DNA from: Macrostomum lignano
Lineage: Eukaryota
Direction: 5' to 3'
DNA length: 64,000 nucleotides
Assembly (NCBI GenBank): GCA_002269645.1
Contig: NIVC01000004.1
Location: 62,001 to 126,000 of the forward strand
The notes beneath the pieces are model-generated. The model was not told where the DNA came from. It did not search any database and was given only the letters and a program-made list of their open reading frames with translations. Of this stretch, positions 30,756 through 42,895 are shown in pieces. Both the position numbers and the translations under genes were made by a program. The stretch's first letter is position 1. Every line of letters begins with the position of its first letter.

Positions 30756-33700
30756 TTACATCAGGTTGCCGCCCTTCAGGAAGCTGCGTCCGTCTGACGC
30801 CGTGGTCTGGAACTCGTTGCTGGTGTTGTTGTAGTGCACGTGCACCGGAACTGTGAAGTCCCTCTGGCTGACGGGGTCGTCCTTGCTGGGCGCGAACCCG
30901 CTGTTCCTGCCGTAGCCCGCCTGCGGCTGGAACATTTGCGGCTGCTGCTGCGGCTGCAGAGACGACGGCGGCGGCGGAGGCGGCGGAATCGGCGTCGGCG
31001 ACTGCATCAGCTGCCTGCTCTGGACGTCGCGCTCGTAGCACTGCGCCGATGGCGGCAGCTGCGGCTCGACCGGCACGGTGGACTCTCGACTGGACTGGCC
31101 GAACATTTTCTCCCGGGCGCTGGTCATGGCCACCTTGGCGAAGCTGACCCTCGACTTCGACACTTCCCGCTTGGCGATGTAGTAAAACTCCAGCAGGGCC
31201 ATCAGCAGTGCGATGCCCAGGCCCGCCACCAGGATGTAGAACACGCCCGCCACGTTGATGACGGCCAGGGCGGACAAGCTGCCACCGCCGGAGTCGCTGA
31301 TGCACTGGCCCTTCTCCACCCACCACTTCTTGTACAGCTGGTCCAGCACCTGCTTCTCCCGCAGGCGGAGCACCGCATCGTTCAGCTTCTCGCGCAGCGG
31401 CGAGCCGATGGGCGTCGCGATGCCGTAGCCTTTGTCACCGTGAGGCTGCCCGACCATCATGGTGTCACAGGGCTCCAGGTTGTTGTGGTACTCGTTGGTT
31501 TTCGACTCCAGCAAGAAGGCGTATTTACCCTTCGACTCGCGCACCTTGCGCACTCCTTCGTCGGTCGAGTTGACGTACACCTGATGCTTGAACTCCTCCA
31601 TCTTCTCCCCGATCTGCTTGTACGGCTTCATGTTGGTGGTGGTGAAGAAGGCCTTGGTGGACCCGGCATCCAGGGTGCCGGGAAGGATGCCGTTCTTGCC
31701 CATGGCCAGCTCCTCCCAATTGCTGATGGGCGTCTTGAGCAGCTCCACGGTGAGGAAGGCGGCCAGCGTGGCCGTGTAGTACGCGATCATGATCAGCGTG
31801 AAGAACCACCACACGCTGGCCACCATCCTGGCGCCGGAGCTCTTCGGCGACAGATCGACGCCTTGATTGACGAAAGCGGCGAAGGAGAACCACATGGAGT
31901 TGAGCAGGGAGAAGTTGCGACTCACCTTCTGCGTTGGCGGAGACTCTTCGTCGAGCTCCACCTGCCACTCCAGCGGGGAGATGCGGGCACACAGGTACAG
32001 GCCCAGGCTGACGCCCACGCAGCCAGCCACGATGTAGATCCAGACCTCCTGGGACAGCGGCCGCAGGAAGCTGAACGTGCCCGGCTTTTCCTTCTTCGGC
32101 TTCTTGATCATGATCGAGATGCCGAAGGTGAGGAACGGCTCCGTGAAGTGCACGAACTCGGCTCGCTCCGGGCTGATTGTGAGCGAAGCCACGGCGATGT
32201 CGGCCTGGTTGCTGAGCAGCTCACCGATCATGCCGTTCCACTTGACCGGATCTTCCGACACCTTCGCTCCGAACTTCTTGTCGTGCACAATGTGGATGCT
32301 GTACTTGATGCCCAGCTGCTCGGCAATCATGTCGAACATCTCGATGCAGAAGCCCTCAAAGCGGTCGTTGCCAGTCGGCTCGGGCTCGCCGGGCTTCGGC
32401 ACCACCAGGTTCACGAACGGCGGGGTCTCGATGGTGACGACGCGGATCATTGTGGTGTCGTTTTTCATCGAGCTGGTGTGGTTCGTCGCATTGGCGTATG
32501 TGTACAGCTTCTCGAGGCCGCTGTGCGTGTGCCAGTATCCGACTGGCCAGAATCTGGACCGCTTGAGCTCCATCACGTCGATGGTGAAGTTGGAGCGGAA
32601 GCCGTTCGAGTCGAAGGCGACGCTGCCGCTGTAGCCGTCGAACCGCGTGGCCGTCATCTCCTTCATCAGCAGCTCACCAACGTGGGACGTCTTGTAGGTC
32701 TGCGAGCTGCCCAGGTTGTGGTAGGCGTAGACATTCGGGTTGCGCAGCCGGTGGCTCGCGATGGCCGAGGGCGCGGAGTCGTCCTTCACGACACAGTCGG
32801 TTCGGTTGGCCGGGTTCCTCATGGCGGCCAGGGAGTCCAGCAGCTGCCGCCGCGTGTCCGGCTTCGACAGCAGGCTGTCGAGGGCCCTGGTGAAGACCTC
32901 GACCCCGTCCATGAGGAGCGCGATCTCGTACAGGGGATACCCGATCGGCCCCGAGCAGATGAGCCTCTTCTGAATGCACAGGTCTTCCCAGCGCATCTTC
33001 AGGTCTTTCACCTTGAGATTTTTGTAGTCCAGAAGCTGGAAACCCGTGAGGTTCACTCCGCTGTGCTTTAGGCCTTCTGTGTCGATATCCGTGACCGACA
33101 TGCCAGTTGCGAGGTAGTGGTACTCCCGCCGGTTCATGCCCATCTCGCGGATCTGCGGCAGAAAGTCTGAGATGACCTCCGGCGGGTCCAGGTCGATGAC
33201 CACGTGCTTCCTGGACTGCGACTTGAGCAGGCTGTCCAGCCGGGCCAGCTCCGGGTAGGCCACGTGGGTGTTGGCAACGTAGATCAGCTGCACGTTCAGG
33301 TCCCTGTAGAAGTGGTCGCGCTGGTAGATTCTCACAGTTTCTTGGAAGCGGTGCAGCCCCTCGTGACTGTTGACCACGTAGGCGAAGGTGGTCCACTGGT
33401 ACATCTCCAAGACTTCGATGATGGCCTTGCCGTGGCGCGGTCGAATATTCAGCACGTAGTCTTGCGACTTCGGGTTCTCCGCCTTCACAATGCCAGGCGT
33501 GATGTACGGCACGTGGAACATGGAGACCAGGTTCTGGATGCTGTCCACCGTGAAGGCGTTCGTAGAGCCGAATATGGCGAAGGCGCCCCACGGGAAGAGC
33601 TGGTGGCAGATGCTCTGCTGCACGCTGTGCGAGCTGTTCACGTTGGTCATGGTGTAGTTAACCTTGAGCTTGAACCTGCTCTTGTCCACCATCTGCAGCG

Positions 33701-33836
33701 CCAGGAAGAAGGCGTTCTTCAGTTCGATTTGGTTCGAGTCGAAAATCGCTCCGATGGGGATCTCCGGGACCGCGGAGCCCCCGGCCAGCAGGCAGCAGGC
33801 CGAGACCAGGGCGAACAGCAGGCAGCCGGCTGCCAT
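30756..33836 (-). CDS. GRIA: Ionotropic glutamate receptor, AMPA-type subunit (1026 aa, single coding exon)
   Basis: Signal peptide, ATD, S1 (LTISPER), M1 KPGTFSFLRPL, M2 WFSFAAFVNQGVDLSPKS, M3 YYTATLAAFLTVE, S2 GTLDAGSTKAFF and YAFLLES, M4 NVAGVFYILV; first ATG at 33836 (ORF track starts at an upstream GTG). Symbol is family level only. Confidence 0.95.
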   Translation of the reverse strand: MAAGCLLFALVSACCLLAGGSAVPEIPIGAIFDSNQIELKNAFFLALQMVDKSRFKLKVNYTMTNVNSSHSVQQSICHQLFPWGAFAIFGSTNAFTVDSIQNLVSMFHVPYITPGIVKAENPKSQDYVLNIRPRHGKAIIEVLEMYQWTTFAYVVNSHEGLHRFQETVRIYQRDHFYRDLNVQLIYVANTHVAYPELARLDSLLKSQSRKHVVIDLDPPEVISDFLPQIREMGMNRREYHYLATGMSVTDIDTEGLKHSGVNLTGFQLLDYKNLKVKDLKMRWEDLCIQKRLICSGPIGYPLYEIALLMDGVEVFTRALDSLLSKPDTRRQLLDSLAAMRNPANRTDCVVKDDSAPSAIASHRLRNPNVYAYHNLGSSQTYKTSHVGELLMKEMTATRFDGYSGSVAFDSNGFRSNFTIDVMELKRSRFWPVGYWHTHSGLEKLYTYANATNHTSSMKNDTTMIRVVTIETPPFVNLVVPKPGEPEPTGNDRFEGFCIEMFDMIAEQLGIKYSIHIVHDKKFGAKVSEDPVKWNGMIGELLSNQADIAVASLTISPERAEFVHFTEPFLTFGISIMIKKPKKEKPGTFSFLRPLSQEVWIYIVAGCVGVSLGLYLCARISPLEWQVELDEESPPTQKVSRNFSLLNSMWFSFAAFVNQGVDLSPKSSGARMVASVWWFFTLIMIAYYTATLAAFLTVELLKTPISNWEELAMGKNGILPGTLDAGSTKAFFTTTNMKPYKQIGEKMEEFKHQVYVNSTDEGVRKVRESKGKYAFLLESKTNEYHNNLEPCDTMMVGQPHGDKGYGIATPIGSPLREKLNDAVLRLREKQVLDQLYKKWWVEKGQCISDSGGGSLSALAVINVAGVFYILVAGLGIALLMALLEFYYIAKREVSKSRVSFAKVAMTSAREKMFGQSSRESTVPVEPQLPPSAQCYERDVQSRQLMQSPTPIPPPPPPPSSLQPQQQPQMFQPQAGYGRNSGFAPSKDDPVSQRDFTVPVHVHYNNTSNEFQTTASDGRSFLKGGNLM

Positions 33837-35800
33837 GTCTCCCTCGCGCTCTCGCACTGCTTGGCCGCCGCGCCCTGGGCCGCCGGCCTCTTGTAGCAGC
33901 GGCCGCAGCCAGTCAGAGCCACAGCCGACGCCTGGCCCTGGTTGGACGGGCCTGCCTGTGCGGTGCTCAGCTCAGATGAATCCACGTCCTCCCGATGCCT
34001 CTCCCTCCGCTTTCTCTCTCATGGCCCTCTTCGAGCCCGCAGTGTGAGCAGCGGCTCTCGCCTATACTTGAAAGATGGGAGAGAGGCGAGCGGCCGTCTC
34101 TAAGCTGCGTCAGAAGGGGAGAACGGGGCAGGCAGTTGGCCCATCTGAAATCCCATTTGCTGAAAATAACCGGCTGACCATTAGAAAAAAGTGAGCAAAA
34201 AGGCGGGTCCGCCGCCAGTTCTAAGAAGCCGCCCGCAGCTGCGGCTAGTGGGACTCCCAGCCGCGAGAAATTCAATTACATATGCACGGCGGCTCCGCAG
34301 TCATAAGCCGAGCCCGGCGACACTTCAAGACTCTGCGGCGGGGCCAGTCGAGGACTTTCTCCTTCCCCCGCTCCTCCGAGGCTTGCCAGGACCGGCTGCA
34401 AACAGCCGCGCCGGAGTTAATATCGGCGGGGCTGGGAAAATGGTGGAAAATAAGGGGCGGGGCCTGGCTGGAGCCCGAGCTGGAAAAGTGACCCCCTCCA
34501 CAGCGGAAGTCGGCGAATTCGGCTCGCTTAGCAGCAACTTTGCTTGCACTTTTGCTTCCGCAGTGTGCCGTCATAAAACTGAGAATTAAAGTCACAGACG
34601 GTGGCCCGCGGCGCTCCCCGCATCTCGGGCGGGTCAGTTTTATCCCAGTGACTCACTGCGCAGTTGCAGAATCCCCGAGTCTCCAAGGATTTCCCAGCCT
34701 CAATAATGCTGACTCGGAATCACCACCCCCGCTGCGGAGCCGTTCCGGATGCGGCTTGGCGGCCGGCAGCCATTCGCGGTTCGAGTCCGCACTCTGAAAC
34801 ATCCCTGCTGCGCAGAAATTCGGCCGCCTTTGTTCCGCCGGCATTCCCTCAGGACCGACTGCCAGCTCTGGCGGTCCGGCGGGCGCCGTGAATTATTGAA
34901 CAGTCGATCTGCCAGGATTGATGTCAGGCCGCAATAAATCAAACCGATGCCGCCGCCGCCGCAGCCGTGGCCTCCCTCACCCCGTCGGCGTCCTCTCGGG
35001 CCGGCGCTCACCTCGGCCGTAATTCAATTAACAGCCTCGAGGCGACCCGGCATCGCACCGGGTCTCCGCATTAGCGCGCGCGCAGGGGCTTCTCTCGATT
35101 TGCGTCTTCCCCTCTTGCACTCGTTTCCCTTCTCTTTCTGCCGTGCCACGCAGTGCTCTGCCGGAGTGATGGCATCTCCCGAGCCCGGCTGGGGAAAATG
35201 GCCCTGGCTGAGTTTCTTGAGAGCGAGAGAGTTCTCAACCAGGGCATTTAGCGCCTACTTTGCCGGACAAGGTCCCGCTCCCAAGTTGCGGCCGGCCAAA
35301 TGAAGGCCGCCTCCGGGTCCGCTAATGAGTCCGCTGCAGCCGCGGCCCGCCCCCGACGTCGTCTCCGACAGCCAGCGACAAAATCAATGTCGTCACGGGG
35401 AGCGACTAATTGAGGTCGGCGACCCCCCCCCGTGGCTGCTCCACCAGCCGCCACCCCCAAGCTTGGTCTACAGCGCTCTCCCACTGTGCTTTCAGGGACC
35501 GCTGGCTGGGTGATGCACTGATTAGCAGAGCACTGCCCGCTTCCCATCCGAAATCTGAGCAGCGCAATCGGAATTGAGGGTGCAAAACCAGTTGCTCAGA
35601 TCGAAGCTTTGGAAAGCCGACCAACTTCAGGCTAGACTTTGACCTTCTGTGTCTCTGGACTTAAAACATGGCTCGCTAGGACCATGCCTGACTCTGCTAC
35701 ACTTTGGGACCGTATCTGACCGTCCGAGACCACACCTGACTCTGAAACCATATCTGAGTATCTGAGGTTATATCTGACAATTTTATAACATATCCGACAC

Positions 35801-36180
35801 TCGAGGACCAAATCTGACACTCGAGGACCAAATCTGACACTCGAGGACCAAATCTGACACTCGAGGACCAAATCTGACACTCGAGGACCAAATCTGACAC
35901 TCGAGGACCAAATCTGACACTCGAGGACCAAATCTGACACTCGAGGACCAAATCTGACACTCGAGGACCAAATCTGACACTCGAGGACCAAATCTGACAC
36001 TCGAGGACCAAATCTGACACTCGAGGACCAAATCTGACACTCGAGGACCAAATCTGACACTCGAGGACCAAATCTGACACTCGAGGACCAAATCTGACAC
36101 TCGAGGACCAAATCTGACACTCGAGGACCAAATCTGACACTCGAGGACCAAATCTGACATTCGAGGACCAAATCTGACAC
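35801..36180. repeat. 20-bp minisatellite (TCGAGGACCAAATCTGACAC), 19 units
   Basis: Direct periodicity. Confidence 0.97.
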
Positions 36181-36200
36181 TCTAGAATCAAATTTGACTC

Positions 36201-36416
36201 TCTGAAACCATATCTAACCTTCTGAGACCATATCTAACATTCTGAGACCATATCTAACATTCTGAGACCATATCTAACATTCTGAGACCATATCTAACAT
36301 TCTGAGACCATATCTAACCTTCTGAGACCATATCTAACCTTCTGAGACCATATCTAACCTTCTGAGACCATATCTAACATTCTGAGACCATATCTAACCT
36401 TCTGAGACCATTTCTA
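36201..36416. repeat. 20-bp minisatellite (TCTGAGACCATATCTAAC(A/C)T), about 11 units, related to the adjacent array
   Basis: Direct periodicity. Confidence 0.95.
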
Positions 36417-37109
36417 GCTCAAGCAAGCATCGAGTCTGCAGCCTCCCGAACGACAAAGTTCAGTTAGTCTTTCCAGTCAGCCCGCGAATTATTAGAGAAG
36501 TTTCTCAAGTTCCAACTGGGACTCTCCAGGCTCCAGGCTCTCCATCCCACATTCGCCCTCCCATAGGGGCTCCCGGAACGCTCGAGTTCTCCCCCTAATC
36601 AAGTGGGATTAATTCGATTTCGCAGCTGCCAGGCCGCATCATCGGGCTGCAGGCGGCAGCAATAAGTGATGCAATTAAATAAACAATCATGACATCGCAC
36701 CGACTGCCCCGGGCCCTCGGTGCCGCTGCTTCTCTCAGCATCCGCTCTGCCCTCAGCTGCTCCCAGAGCCTGCAGCCCCCCTGCACCCTCTGCAAACAAG
36801 GCCGACTCAAGCAGCAGTGGGGTCAATGACTGCCCAGATTCAGCCGTGCTCAGCCAGCAGTCTCCAATCAGGCTGGTCGATGCGGAGCTGCCAGAGCCGA
36901 CTCAAGCATTTGGCTGCTCAGCAATTGACCGGCCTGGCTGGGTGAGATTGGGCTGTGGAGACGTCGGTTGCTCGCGTTTAATACGGCAGGTAAATTCACT
37001 TCCATCATCTCTAAAGACTGCCCATCGCAGTGAGGGAGTAGCAATTGTCAAGCCTGCAGTTCATCATGTTGTGATTGGCATGACTATTCGCATTCAGGCA
37101 TGACCAATC

Positions 37110-37737
37110 GCAGGCAGGCCATGACCATTATCAGGCAGACATGATCATTCTCAGGCAGGCATGACCATTCTCAGGCAGGCCATGACCATTCTCAGGCAGA
37201 TATGGCCATTCTCAGGCAGGCATGACCATTCTCAGGCAGGCATGACCATTCTCAGGCAGGCATGACCATTCTCAGGCAGGCATGATCATCCTCTGGCAGG
37301 CATGACCATTCTCAGGCAGGCATGACCATTCTCAGGCAGGCATGATCATCCTCTGGCAGGCATGACCATTCTCAGGCAGGCATGACCATTCTCAGGCAGG
37401 CATGACCATTCTCAGGCAGGCATGATCATCCTCTGGCAGGCATGACCATTCTCAGGCAGGCATGACCATTCTCAGGCAGGCATGATCATCCTCTGGCAGG
37501 CATGACCATTCTCAGGCAGGCATGACCATTCTCAGGCAGGCATGATCATCCTCTGGCAGGCATGACCATTCTCAGGCAGGCATGACCATTCTCAGGCAGG
37601 CATGATCATCCTCTGGCAGGCATGACCATTCTCAGGCAGGCATGATCATCCTCTGGCAGGCATGACCATTCTCTGGCAGGCATGACCATTTGCATTCAGA
37701 CATGACCATTCGATTTCAGGCATGACCATTCTCAGGC
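37110..37737. repeat. 20-bp minisatellite (CAGGCAGGCATGACCATTCT) with a recurring GATCATCCTCT variant
   Basis: Direct periodicity. Confidence 0.96.
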
Positions 37738-38623
37738 TTCAACCGGGTTTGAACCAATTGTAAATTGACTTGAGCAATCTTGGACCCGCAGAGCTCCAGG
37801 AGCGGTCACGTGAACCAGCCCGAAATGCCAGAGACTTCAGTCGGGCATGAGCCGGGGACACACGGTTGGAGAGATGGAGAGTTTTGTTAAAATGATTTGA
37901 TTGCCAAAAAAACATTCCCTCGCAGTGAACGGCTGGTGCCTCTGCTGTCTCTCTGAGGCCGTCAGACCTCAATTTGGATGATGGAGGGCGGGGTTGAGCA
38001 GCGGGCCGGGTGCTCACCACGCATTGGGGACTCAGCTCAGATTGAATGGACGGCAGCGATGCTTTCTCTCTGCATTTCCTGTCAATTTATCAATTGAAGC
38101 GCACGGCTCTCACTCAGGGCGCATCCACTCCAGCTCGGCAGCTGGTTCGGTGGGCGTGCAGACTTTTTGGAAGGTCTACTCAACTCAAAGGGCCTGTGTT
38201 CCTACCTCTGGAGCTTTGGATACGACATGGCCAAGCAAGCTTATCATCAGAGTTCGAATAAACACTTGGGCAGACGCGGGTTCATTTTCTTTGGCAAATT
38301 TGAGCCCATTAAAAAGCTTATTTTTGCCGAGAGTACACAGACAGATCCCGCCGCCTCAGCCCATCCACCGCCTGCCCCTTGCCGGCGCGCTCTCCCATGA
38401 AGTAAAACAAATTAACTTGCAAAGTCCGGCCGCAATTGCGAGGAAAAGTGCAGGGGGTGCGGCAGAGGCCGGGCGAACCCGATCTGTGCTCAGATGAAAT
38501 ATAAGCCTACTTTAAGGCTTTCCCATTGCATTTGGTTAGGGAGGGGGGTGGCGGTCAGATCCCATCGGCTCGACCTCCCCGATCCCACACGCGGGCTGGA
38601 AAACGAGACAGAGAAAGACGAGA

Positions 38624-38628
<5 letters not shown>

Positions 38629-38673
<45 letters not shown>
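38629..38673. repeat. (GA)n microsatellite
   Basis: Direct. Confidence 0.97.
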
Positions 38674-38678
<5 letters not shown>

Positions 38679-38871
38679 TGTCCGAGGAGGTCAAGATGAG
38701 ACCGGCTGAGCGGAGGGCGCAGTGCCGCAGTACAGAGTTATCAATGATGCATGCGGTGCCGGCACAATACAGTCTGTACGCTTGCCCGCTAATGGGTCTG
38801 TTTGCCCAGCTCGGCTAGCCTGAGCCCGAGTCTCACCAATATCTGAAGTGATGCAGCTGCTTGTTGATGAG

Positions 38872-39147
38872 TGACATTGCTGCTATGCGTCGGACTCTCG
38901 AATGAAAGGTTGGGGGTTCGATTCTCGAGAGCAACACACTTAACCCTTGCATTGCGTCAGTTCACCCAGCTGTAAAATGGGTGCCAGCTTTAGCTGGGAT
39001 AATTGAGGGTGTGTGTGGCCACCCCCAGTCCTTGGACTGAACAGCCGTACGCAACCTTCAGATGCGCCGCGCAAAAGCTGCGACTGAGCTGTCGGTTGCA
39101 CACCTGGCCGTTAGACTGGTGTAATCAATTATTAGTATTATTATTAT
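38872..39147 (+). mobile_element. Second, more degenerate copy of the tRNA-derived SINE
   Basis: B box GGTTCGATTC; body matches 24545-24753; (TTA)n tail; lacks about 30 bp after the tRNA head. Confidence 0.85.
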
Positions 39148-39212
39148 TCGGTTAAAGAGTGTGAAATTAGTGTGGGGGTAGAGAGTGAAATTTGCCAATT
39201 ATCAGAGGGTGC

Positions 39213-39432
39213 CATTGTCATGTGATCAGAGAGTGACATATTCATGCAGTCAGAGAGTGACATTGTCATGTGATCAGAGAGTGACATATTCATGCAGTCA
39301 GAGAGTGACATTGTCATGTGATCAGAGAGTGACATATTCATGCAGTCAGAGAGTGACATATTCATGCAGTCAGAGAGTGACATTGTCATGTGATCAGAGA
39401 GTGACATTGTCATGTGATCAGAGAGTGACATT
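39213..39432. repeat. 24-bp minisatellite with two alternating unit types
   Basis: GTCATGTGATCAGAGAGTGACATA/T alternating with TTCATGCAGTCAGAGAGTGACATT/A. Confidence 0.95.
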
Positions 39433-40103
39433 GCTGCTTATTGCGTCTTGCAGAGAAGGCCCCCGAAACCGGGGCATTGCCGTGCACAGCTTGCTGCTTG
39501 CGTGCAGTTTTCGTCCGGGTGCAGACAGGGGGAGACTGGGCGAATGAAAAGCCGAGACAGAAACTGTGGTCGGGATTCCAGCAAACCGGAGCCTCCTGTG
39601 GCGACTGGACAATGAATAATTAATAAATCATTTCAGCGAAGCACCGCGCAGAGAAGCAGAGGATGAAGAATCTGCTTTTGCTTTTGAGTGCCGGCCTGCT
39701 TGCTTTTCCGCGCTCCCGTTACAAAAACTTTGCGTGGGAGTCCGGCGGGGGCTGCAATGGGAGGCTGAGACTCTGGGATGCCGGACGGGACGAAGGGAAT
39801 GGCGATTTTTCCCATTTGAGGAATGAATTTCGGCGGGCAGCTCTGGCGCAGGCTGGGGTTACAAAAACTCGAACTGACAATGGCCTCACTAACCCTGTGT
39901 CCGGTGGGGAATCCAGGCCCGGCCCTCACCTGAGGGAATTTCGATCTGCTGCCAGAGTTCATTAGAGGTAAAAGCCGCCGTTTGATGGCGAGGTTGGAAA
40001 ATTGGCTGGCGGTGACGAATCGCGCCAGGCCGCCAGCTCGGCCAGCGCGGCGCTGACGTGCGATGGAAGGCGCGGTTGATGAGCTGAGAATCGCCTTTAA
40101 CCC

Positions 40104-40460
40104 GACTTCCGCTTGGCGCCTCTCTCCCGACTTCCGCTTGGCGCCTCTCTCCCGGCTTCCGCTTGGCGCCTCTCTCCCGACTTCCGCTTGGCGCCTCTCT
40201 CCCGACTTCCGCTTGGCGCCTCTCTCCCGACTTCCGCTTGGCGCCTCTCTCCCGACTTCCGCTTGGCGCCTCTCTCCCATTCCACACTTGGCGCCCCTCT
40301 CCCGATTATCACTTGGCGCCTCTCTCGGATTTCCGCTTGGCGCGCCTCTCCCCCGATTCCACTTGGCGCCTCTCTCCCGATTCCATTTGGCGCCTCTCTC
40401 CAATTCCACTCTCTCCGATTCTGAAATCCTTCCAGATTTCCACTTGGCGCCTCTCCAGGC
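40104..40460. repeat. 25-bp minisatellite (CTTGGCGCCTCTCTCCCGACTTCCG), decaying rightwards
   Basis: Direct periodicity. Confidence 0.95.
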
Positions 40461-40842
40461 CAGAAGATTGAAGACTAGAAAACTGAAACTGAACGCGGCA
40501 CCCCAGTTAGGTGCTGAATTCCCACCCGAGTATGAAATCGGACACCCGAAAGCCTCATTCTGAGCTGTCTTTAAGCTTCATTTTACCTCTCAGCACCTCT
40601 CGAAATTCCCACAGATTTCATCTCAGCATCGCTGGCGGCAGTTATTGATGAAGAACGGCCTCCGCAAGCCGCAGAAATGCTGTCGAATTGCTTGGCTGGC
40701 ACTTCACAGCTGCCTGACATCTCCATACGACCATTCGCGCATCTGCAGACTCGGCGAGCGAGCGGCAGGGAAGCCGGACAACAGGCGGGGGAGCCGTGAG
40801 CCTCATTTGCACCTCAGGCTGACAGGCTTCAATGGGAAGGCC

Positions 40843-41006
40843 GCACAAGCGCGCACTGGCACAAGCGCGCACTGGCACAAGCGCGCACTGGCACAAGCGC
40901 GCACTGGCACAAGCGCGCACTGGCACAAGCGCGCACTGGCACAAGCGCGCACTGGCACAAGCGCGCACTGGCACAAGCGCGCACTGGCACAAGCGCGCAC
41001 TGGCAC
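40843..41006. repeat. 16-bp tandem repeat (GCACAAGCGCGCACTG), about 10 units
   Basis: Direct periodicity. Confidence 0.96.
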
Positions 41007-41986
41007 TGCAGAGCCGGTTCGTTTGCCACTGCATGTGGCGGCGTTTCAGCACTTGAATGCCATACTCAAACCCATCTTGCTCTCATTTAGACCGTGCCAG
41101 AAGTGCGCGCTTATGATAGATGGCATCCCGTTTCAATAAAAAACAATGCGCCGCAGAAGCAGGCAATAACGGACCAGCAGCGGCAGCAGCAGCTGGGGCT
41201 GAGGCAGGCAGGAGTCGGTGGCCGCTCGGAGAGCACAAATTTGCATGCAAATTCCTGCTGGGGGGGGGCGGCGCCAATTTGTGCGGAGGCCCGGTTGCCG
41301 GGCTGGATGAGGCGGAGGCTGGGCTTTAATTACACAGAAAGGATAAGCAATCAGACTGCTGGCCTGGGGGGGGGGCGCCAGCTGCCCGTACGCGCCGCAA
41401 TTTGCTGGCGCCCGGCAGGAGGAAAACACGGGCGCAGCGCCTGTCCCCGCGCCGCTTATGGCTGTGGATAAGAAAACTAAAGAGCATTTGCAAATGAGAT
41501 CAGCGGGGGGTCCGCTCGAATCTCCCGCTCCCCAGGCTGCCCCCCTCCGCCCTCCCCGCCGATATTCGGCCGGCCATGACGGATGGCCTGGCGGCCCACA
41601 GCGCTGCTCATCTATCACACTGGGGCTCTGGCTGCATGCTCCAATTATGCCTGACAATTTCAACTTGTGGGACCAGCCCCCCGGCTCTGTATTCCCATCC
41701 TGCTCCCCGCCTCCCTCACGGAAGATCCTCCTCGCCCCGACAACCCCCGCCTCAGCTTAGGCTGCCCGAGCCCGGGAAAGCTGCTGCGATGCCGGGCCGC
41801 CGATAAACGGCCGGCTTCCTCCCCAGCCCGCTCTGGATAATAATGCATTGCATATTGGCCCGGATTATCCCGGCCAGCCCAAGCGGGTGACACAGTTTCA
41901 CCAGCAGAGCTCAGTAGCTGCTGCTCGCCTTTATTGCATCCCCCTCTCTATCAGTGCCCGATTTCTCCCATCGAATTTGCTGACTT

Positions 41987-42895
41987 CCCCTGTCTCTATC
42001 CACCCTGTCTCTATCCACCCCTGTCTCTATCCACCCCTGTCTCTATCCACCCCTGTCTCTTTCCACCCCTGTCTCTATCCACCCTGTCTCTATCCACCCC
42101 TGTCTCTATCCACCCCTGTCTCTATCCACCACTGTCTCTATCCACCCCTGTCTCTATCCACCCCTGTCTCTTTCCACCCCTGTCTCTATCCACCCCTGTC
42201 TCTATCCACCCCTGTCTCTATCCACCCCTGTCTCTACCCACCCGTCGTCTCTATCCACCCCTGTCTCTATCCACCCCTGTCTCTACCCACCCCTGTCGTC
42301 TCTATCCACCCCTGTCTCTATCCACCTTTGTCTCCATCCACCCCTGTCTCTATCCACCCCTGTCTCGATCCACCTCTGTCTCTATTCACCCCTGTCTCTA
42401 TCCACCCCTGTCTCTATCCACTCATGTATCTATCCACCCTTGTCTCTATCCACCCCTGTCTCTATCCACCCCTGTCTCTATCCTCCCCTGTCTCTATCCA
42501 CCATGTCTCTATCCACCCTGTCTCCATCCACCCTGTCTCTATCCACCCTGTCTCTATCCACCCTGTCTCTATCCACCCTGTCTCTATCCTCCCCTGTCTC
42601 CATCCACCCTGTCTCCATCCACCCTGTCTCTATCCACCCTTGTCTCTATCCACCCTGTCTCTATCCTCCCCTGTCTCCATCCACCCTGTCTCTATCCACC
42701 CTGTCTCTATCCACCCTGTCTCTATCCACCCTGTCTCTATCCCCCCTGTTTCTATCCTCCCCTGTCTCTATCCACCATGTCTCTATCCCCCCTGTATCTA
42801 TCCACCCCTGTCTCTATCCACCCCTGTCTCTATCCACCCCTGTCTCTATCCACCCCTGTCCCTAATCCTCCCTGTCTCTATCCACCCCGTCTCTA
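41987..42895. repeat. 16/17-bp pyrimidine-rich minisatellite (CCC(C)TGTCTCTATCCAC)
   Basis: Direct periodicity. Confidence 0.96.

Noticed and set aside
30834-33071. 745-aa plus-strand ORF, and similar long antisense ORFs over the lectins, LRR gene, tubulin and WASHC3
   Set aside because: Shadow ORFs expected opposite GC3-rich coding sequence; no recognisable domains
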